DNA of 64,000 nt from Bispira polyomma. Its lineage: Eukaryota. The position numbers and the translations under genes are program-made. Of this stretch, positions 61,901 through 64,000 are shown one piece after another. The notes under the pieces were generated by a model. It had not been told where the DNA came from, ran no database searches, and was given only the letters and a program-made list of their open reading frames with translations. The stretch covers positions 59,148,001-59,212,000 of the forward strand of contig OZ287748.1 in the NCBI GenBank assembly GCA_965649765.1, given 5' to 3'. The first letter of the stretch is position 1, and each line of letters begins with the position of its first letter.

Positions 61901-62052
61901 TACACCACAGGTAATATTGTGGTAACACTTGGTGTATAGTTCTTTATTATACTGGAATGGGAACACACACATCCCCTCTCCCTGTATTTGATGTAATTCA
62001 GCTGTAGCAGGATGATGATAAAGAGGATATGCCTTCAAATCAGGACAGACAC
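49401..62052 (-). CDS. Gene D (5' partial): FN2-Cys-rich-ChtBD2-novel domain-stalk-TM-Tyr-motif tail receptor (>=778 aa)
   Basis: Exons 62052-61883, 61394-61313, 60816-60751, 60466-60281, 52608-51826, 51635-51243, 50340-50256, 49971-49401 all splice in frame. The signal exon is presumably beyond the window. Confidence 0.85.
50256..50340 (-). CDS. Gene D TM exon TIIAIAVGVTLIAICVFTVIGVLCFI-RR
   Basis: 85 nt, phase 1-2. Confidence 0.85.
50574..51176. mobile_element. Head-to-tail MITE dimer in gene D intron
   Basis: Outer TIRs agcctgggctttcttt / aaaggaagcccaggct; two ~295-bp similar units. Confidence 0.7.
51243..51635 (-). CDS. Gene D Ser/Thr mucin-like stalk exon
   Basis: 393 nt, phase 1-1. 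Confidence 0.8.
51826..52608 (-). CDS. Gene D central ectodomain exon
   Basis: 783 nt, phase 1-1; SRLLCKTYLSDLQPLCKY...IRQRPDLMF...YPRIFHMTYIC...GGPGTLF...FILPVG. Confidence 0.85.
55822..56077 (+). mobile_element. tRNA-derived SINE inserted in the DIRS RT region
   Basis: A box TGGCCTAGTGG, B box GTTCGAATCCC, (aattc)n tail, flanking ctttttaa duplication. Confidence 0.8.
56969..57224 (+). mobile_element. Second copy of the same SINE (created by the tandem duplication)
   Basis: Same sequence and same flanks as 55822-56077. Confidence 0.8.
60281..60466 (-). CDS. Gene D ChtBD2-like exon
   Basis: ECVMSCANMKYGSYRSCKSCNTKVLC...SCPQGQVYNAIRGC...SYC; 186 nt, phase 1-1. Confidence 0.8.
60751..60816 (-). 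CDS. Gene D small Cys-rich exon DNQQCNGSQCQPPETQAVCYQE
   Basis: 66 nt, phase 1-1, good acceptor; positional equivalent of C exon 41645-41563. Confidence 0.6.
61313..61394 (-). CDS. Gene D exon: end of FN2 and start of Cys-rich module (DKKWGECGAPVINPDGTLTGRFCPDKC)
   Basis: Phase 0-1, donor G|GTAAGT; homologous to C exon 42123-42021. Confidence 0.75.
61402..61462 (-). mobile_element. 3' fragment of the same SINE family
   Basis: Reverse complement of ccgtcccaatataaccta...ggtactagagtggacgttaaatatccaaattcaaattc. Confidence 0.7.
61883..62052 (-). CDS. Gene D FN2 exon
   Basis: GMCVFPFQYNKELYTKC...CGVTSNIDK, continued by DKKWGEC in the next exon. Confidence 0.8.
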
Positions 62053-62619
62053 CTGTAAAATATACCAATTACTTTTTCCTTTACTAAAACATGTTCATTT
62101 AAAATAGGTTAGATAGAGATATGTCATTGTTGTACACCTTTAGTTAAACTGGTTAGTTAGCACAGACAGCGAGTTTTGCAATTTGGGGCTTATTCTTCAA
62201 TTTCTCTCTACTTTATTCTGAATAATTTCCCTACATTTTACATTCTAATCCATAATTTCCACATTCAATTTGGTTGCAACTTTGTCATAACGTTCGCATG
62301 TAAAGTTATCAAATATATAATAATTTATCCTGAGGAGTTTTTCCAATCTCTTAAAGTTATTCTATTTTTTTTTCAATATTTTTATTTGCAATACAGTCCT
62401 GCCATTACAAAAATTGGTGGTACACACACCCTGGCAGAGAGGTGAACCAGTGGGGTCATAAACATATTAATTACAGTAACATTTTGATTACGATACCATA
62501 CATTTACACCTAATATATTACAGTGACTGTAGCACTTTTAGGATAATTATATACACTAAATACACTAATATTATATACTGATCATACAACTGAAGGTTAG
62601 TTATGTGCCAGATGAAAGG

Positions 62620-64000
62620 TTATATAATTAAACTTTTAAATGTATGCCAGTTTCTTTTAAATGTTTCCTCATTAAAATTCAATTTGGCCAATAGTTTTTG
62701 TTGTTCATATAAAATTTTAATTTTTTTCTGTAATTCAGACATTTTGAAGGCCATTGATTTCCTTGATTTGGTATATAAGAAATTTTTTGTAGCAATTAGA
62801 ATCGTATTGATTGGAAGGAAGTTACTGTCTGTGAAAAGATATCCTAAAATAATTTTCTGGGAATTCAGTTTCAAATTGTAACCTGTTTCGCTGAAGATCC
62901 AGATTTGTATATTTTGCCACAATTCTTGAGAATACGGACAGAGAAAAAAAAGGTGTGTTAAAGATTCGTTTGATGCATTGCAAACCATACAGTTTGGAGA
63001 GTCTGTTTTTGCCATTTTATAAAGAAGTTTTTGGGTACCAAGTATAGGGTGTAAAATTCTGTACTGAAACCATTTTAGATAGTTGTCCCCAATAGTTTTG
63101 AAGCAGATCTTAAAAACATACTGCCAGGTACAATTATCAATATTTATTTCTAGCTCTTTGTTCCATTTATTTTTTAAACCCATGTCTAAATATATATTAT
63201 TTGAAATAATATAAAAACCTTTCGCTCCAAACTTCATATGTAATAAACTATACAAATAGTTCGGAATGCATGGCTGATAAAAGAGAAGTGCGTTATCTTT
63301 CTTAAATTTTCTGATAAAAGTGTTTATTTCAGTTTTTAGTCTGATGTAGTCTAGAAAATTTGTAATTTTCATGGAAAACTTACTCTCAATTTCTCTTTGG
63401 CAGAAAAATGATTCATTTTGATCAATAAGATCTCTAACAAATACTACCCCATGTTTGTACCAGTTGGGAAAAAATAATGTAGTCTTAGAAATCTTGTTGT
63501 TATACCATATTGGTGAAGATAAAATATCATTGTTGTCTTTGATAGTAATACACTCACAATATTTTGCCCAACTGTCCAATACTTCTTTCCATAATGAATT
63601 GCAAATATTGCTAGAGATATTTTTATACCAAGTAGGTCCAAACTTAAATAGCATAGAAGTGTCACATATGGTGTTTTCGAAAAGTTCCAGCCAAGCCGTT
63701 GATTCACCTTTAAAAATTCGACTGATCCAGGTCAATTTTATTGCCTGAATGTGACAGTCTAAATTTAACATTCTAAGACCACCATCTTTGTAATCCTGTA
63801 CAATATATTGACGCTTAACTTTGTCAGGTTTATTATTCCAAAGATAAGAGAAGAGTATTGTTTTAATCTGCTTCAAAAAGGTTGTACCTGACGATGGAAG
63901 AGTCATAAAAAGGTGATTGAACTGTGACAAGATAAAGGTTTTAATAATTGTAATCTTGCCTAGTGGAGTTAAGTCTCGTTTCTTCCAAGCATTTATCAGT
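62620..64000 (-). mobile_element. L1/Tx1-clade LINE ORF2 C-terminal part (RT thumb region + zinc finger), runs off the window
   Basis: Uninterrupted >436-aa frame: YLWNNKPDKVKR...GGLRMLN...KWFQYRILH...CMVCNASNESLTHLFFLC. Confidence 0.85.

Overview
AT-rich animal genomic DNA with spliced genes and many transposons. The SINE, MITE and DIRS families and the chitin-binding domain subtype suggest a lophotrochozoan, probably a mollusc (inference). The left end holds the last three coding exons and long 3' region of a + strand gene ending in ...NGPV*, most likely the PP6 regulatory subunit (PPP6R/SAPS). The main content is a head-to-tail array of four divergent paralogous genes on the - strand: A 10.9-17.8 kb, B 21.9-32.3 kb, C 37.1-43.2 kb (pseudogene) and D 49.4 kb to beyond the window end. 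I rebuilt them by hand from GT-AG sites and exon phases. Each encodes a type I membrane receptor: signal peptide (seen in A and B) - [fibronectin type II + small Cys-rich module, C and D only] - chitin-binding type-2 (CBM14) domain - an unrecognised ~250-aa domain - Ser/Thr-rich stalk - one TM helix - a ~175-260-aa non-catalytic tail packed with NPxY/NxxY and tandem YxxP motifs. I do not recognise this architecture as a described family; it is the best candidate for a novel system. Introns and spacers contain a decayed DIRS retrotransposon with a nested SINE and internal duplication, a mini-DIRS, L1/Tx1-type LINEs, tRNA-SINEs, many MITEs and one 278-nt assembly gap.
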